From positions 1 to 36,874 of the IMG/VR virus record IMGVR_UViG_3300005286_000521: a DNA stretch of 36,874 bases; one strand, 5' to 3'. Made by a program: the position numbers and the translations under genes. The notes below the pieces were generated by a model that was not told where the DNA came from, did no database searches, and saw nothing but the letters and a program-made list of their open reading frames with translations. Every line of letters starts with the position of its first letter. Within the stretch, counting starts at the first letter, position 1. This document shows, piece after piece, positions 35,303 through 36,874 of the stretch. The DNA is from a virus. Lineage: Duplodnaviria > Caudoviricetes.

Positions 35303-35304
35303 CT

Positions 35305-35832
35305 ATGTCGGGAAAATTGCCGGCACCTACAGCCAAACCGATCACGCATGATTGGCGGCCCAGCGCTGAGGTGTATCAGGTGCTAGGGCAACACAATATT
35401 CCTATCGAGTTCGCTCAGGATCAGGTACCCGAATTCATCCTGTACTGGGCGGAACGCGGTGCTATTCATCACTCATGGGGTGCAAAGTTTCTCAAGCACT
35501 GCATTCACGAGTGGCGTCAGCATGAAATTACCCAGGCGCGTGCGGCCCGCAATATCGCGATGCATGCCAACTGGCTGCCCAGTCAAAAAGCACGCGCAGC
35601 ATTGCGATCGGGGGGCATCCCGGATTCGTTTATCAATGATGAATGCTTGGATGATTTCATTCTGTATTGGACCGAGCGCGGCGATGTTTGCCACACCTGG
35701 AACAGCAGATTTGTCCAACACGTCCGGTACCGCTGGGCGCACAAGCCAAAAGATTCCGACTCCGCCCATCGCTCGATAGCCGAGCAGCTGACTGATCGCT
35801 CCTGGGCAGAGCAATACATAGGAGGAAAGTGA
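35305..35832 (+). CDS. DnaT-like ssDNA-binding protein, two tandem domains
   Basis: Repeat W.PS......L....IP..F......[ED]FILYW.ERG...H[ST]W...F..H. Confidence 0.75.
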   Translation: MSGKLPAPTAKPITHDWRPSAEVYQVLGQHNIPIEFAQDQVPEFILYWAERGAIHHSWGAKFLKHCIHEWRQHEITQARAARNIAMHANWLPSQKARAALRSGGIPDSFINDECLDDFILYWTERGDVCHTWNSRFVQHVRYRWAHKPKDSDSAHRSIAEQLTDRSWAEQYIGGK

Positions 35833-35833
35833 T

Positions 35834-36055
35834 ATGCACAGCGCACGCATTGATCGCAGTCTTCGGTTGCAGCGCGTTGACGCGTTACTGGCCGACGGCC
35901 ATGAATACAGCACGATGGATATTGTGATCAAAGCACGTGTGTGTGCAGTTAATAGCTGTATCGCCGAGCTGCGGGCAAACGGTCGCACAATCGCGTGCCG
36001 CCGCGAAGGGGATATCTGGTTTTACCGGAGGGTTAATACCAATGAGCAAAAATGA
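35834..36055 (+). CDS. Small HTH protein
   Basis: LQRV..LL.DG..YST..I......AVNS.IAELRANG..I.C; GGAGG RBS. Confidence 0.7.
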   Translation: MHSARIDRSLRLQRVDALLADGHEYSTMDIVIKARVCAVNSCIAELRANGRTIACRREGDIWFYRRVNTNEQK

Positions 36056-36512
36056 CGAATCACGCCGGAAGCGGCTGATAAAGCTCATTCACGTGGCGCG
36101 GCGCGAACTGGGCATGCAGGATGAAGATTACCGAGCAATGTTGGCAGCCATGCCTGCGCTCGGCGGCAAAACATCCTCTGCGGACTTGGGCATTAAAGGC
36201 TTGGAAATTGTTATGCGTGCGCTGAAAGCCAGAGGCTTCAAAGTGCGCAGCAACGCCCTCAAGGGCCCGAACACATCCAGAAAGTTGGCTGATGATGACC
36301 AGTCCCGGCTGATCCGCTCGTTGTGGATTCAGCTCAGCGAAGCCGGAGCCGTGCGTAATTCCAGCGAGGCCGCGCTCTCTGCCTACGTCCGCCGCGTTAC
36401 CGGCGTCGATGATTTAGCTTGGCTCAATTCCCGCCAGGCATCATCTATTATTGAGCAACTAAAGTCCTGGCTCGACCGGTCGATAACGACGCCAGTGAAT
36501 GGAGGTGCGTAA
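36042..36512 (+). CDS. gemA: GemA/Mu gp16-like protein (DUF1018)
   Basis: IKLIHVARRELGM..EDYR, G..SS..L, IRSLW, IIEQLKSW. Confidence 0.88.
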   Translation: MSKNDESRRKRLIKLIHVARRELGMQDEDYRAMLAAMPALGGKTSSADLGIKGLEIVMRALKARGFKVRSNALKGPNTSRKLADDDQSRLIRSLWIQLSEAGAVRNSSEAALSAYVRRVTGVDDLAWLNSRQASSIIEQLKSWLDRSITTPVNGGA

Positions 36513-36874
36513 TGAGCAGATCTACATCAATGGAAGTTCGGCGCAAAGAGTTGTTAAAGGACGTCTCTGCGCATGTTGCGGCTGTTTTGGTGGATCTCAA
36601 CATTGAAAAATCGAAGGCCCAGCTCGCCGGCAACGAGGTTATGGCTCATCTGGCTAACCATTGGGGTGGCCAGCAGATCTACATACCTAAAGAGACCGAC
36701 TATTGGGCAGGTGATCACGTCATGGAGATTTACAACGCTTGCAGGGGTGGCAACTTCCCGGAGGTTGCTCTAAAGTTCGATATCTCGGTGCGGACCGTTT
36801 ACCGCATCTACAAACGTGTTCGGCGGCGGATTATCGAGGAAAACCAGGGAGATTTGTTCAACGCGTCCCATTAA
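36512..36874 (+). CDS. Mor/C-family transcription activator
   Basis: WGGQQIYIPK, N..E.A.KF.IS.R.VYRI, QGDLF. Confidence 0.9.
   Translation: MSRSTSMEVRRKELLKDVSAHVAAVLVDLNIEKSKAQLAGNEVMAHLANHWGGQQIYIPKETDYWAGDHVMEIYNACRGGNFPEVALKFDISVRTVYRIYKRVRRRIIEENQGDLFNASH

Larger units (their letters stand above)
1106..36874. mobile_element. Mu-like transposable prophage (B3/BcepMu-type organisation, siphovirus tail); ends not resolved, may include 1-1100 and extend beyond the window
   Basis: DDE transposase + AAA B protein + GemA + Mor + Mu-type portal/gpF/gpG/gpI/gp36/gp37 in Mu synteny; early and late operons diverge around the repressor. Confidence 0.95.

Noticed and set aside
1-36874. CRISPR array, tRNA/rRNA, DGR or retron RT, invertase/shufflon, mom/com, gam, acr-aca, phage TG...CA ends
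   Set aside because: No repeat-spacer periodicity, RT (YxDD) gene, recombinase or recognisable homologue was found by eye; the ends could not be identified and probably lie at or beyond the window edges

Overview
The window is almost entirely a transposable (Mu-like) temperate siphophage/prophage with the B3/BcepMu-type divergent layout. On the + strand (27604-36874) is an early/middle operon: ner-like regulator, HTH proteins, DUF3102-like protein, DDE transposase A, AAA transposition protein B, DUF3164, HD phosphohydrolase, TraR-like, tandem DnaT-like, GemA, and a Mor/C-family activator. On the - strand are a CI-type repressor followed by five uncharacterised small genes, then the late lysis, packaging, head and non-contractile tail genes (25187 down to about 1106). 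The left edge carries a SRAP gene and a divergent small membrane peptide with a highly structured leader. No TG...CA phage ends are recognisable; the window starts and ends on stop codons. Non-coding signals read directly from the sequence: (i) three identical 23-bp boxes with a 20-bp palindromic core, each exactly 17 bp from a -10-like hexamer in front of late operons, one of them bidirectional; (ii) a perfect 26-bp palindrome just upstream of the DUF3102/transposase genes; (iii) a -1 frameshift geometry in the tail chaperone; (iv) an internal scaffold start; (v) a candidate strong gyrase site at the Mu-equivalent G-I position. The best novelty candidates are the DUF3102/palindrome pair, a tandem pair of diverged paralogues in the repressor-linked cassette, and a type-I-toxin-like peptide with a two-state RNA leader. 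Family names come from motif recognition and synteny, not from database searches.
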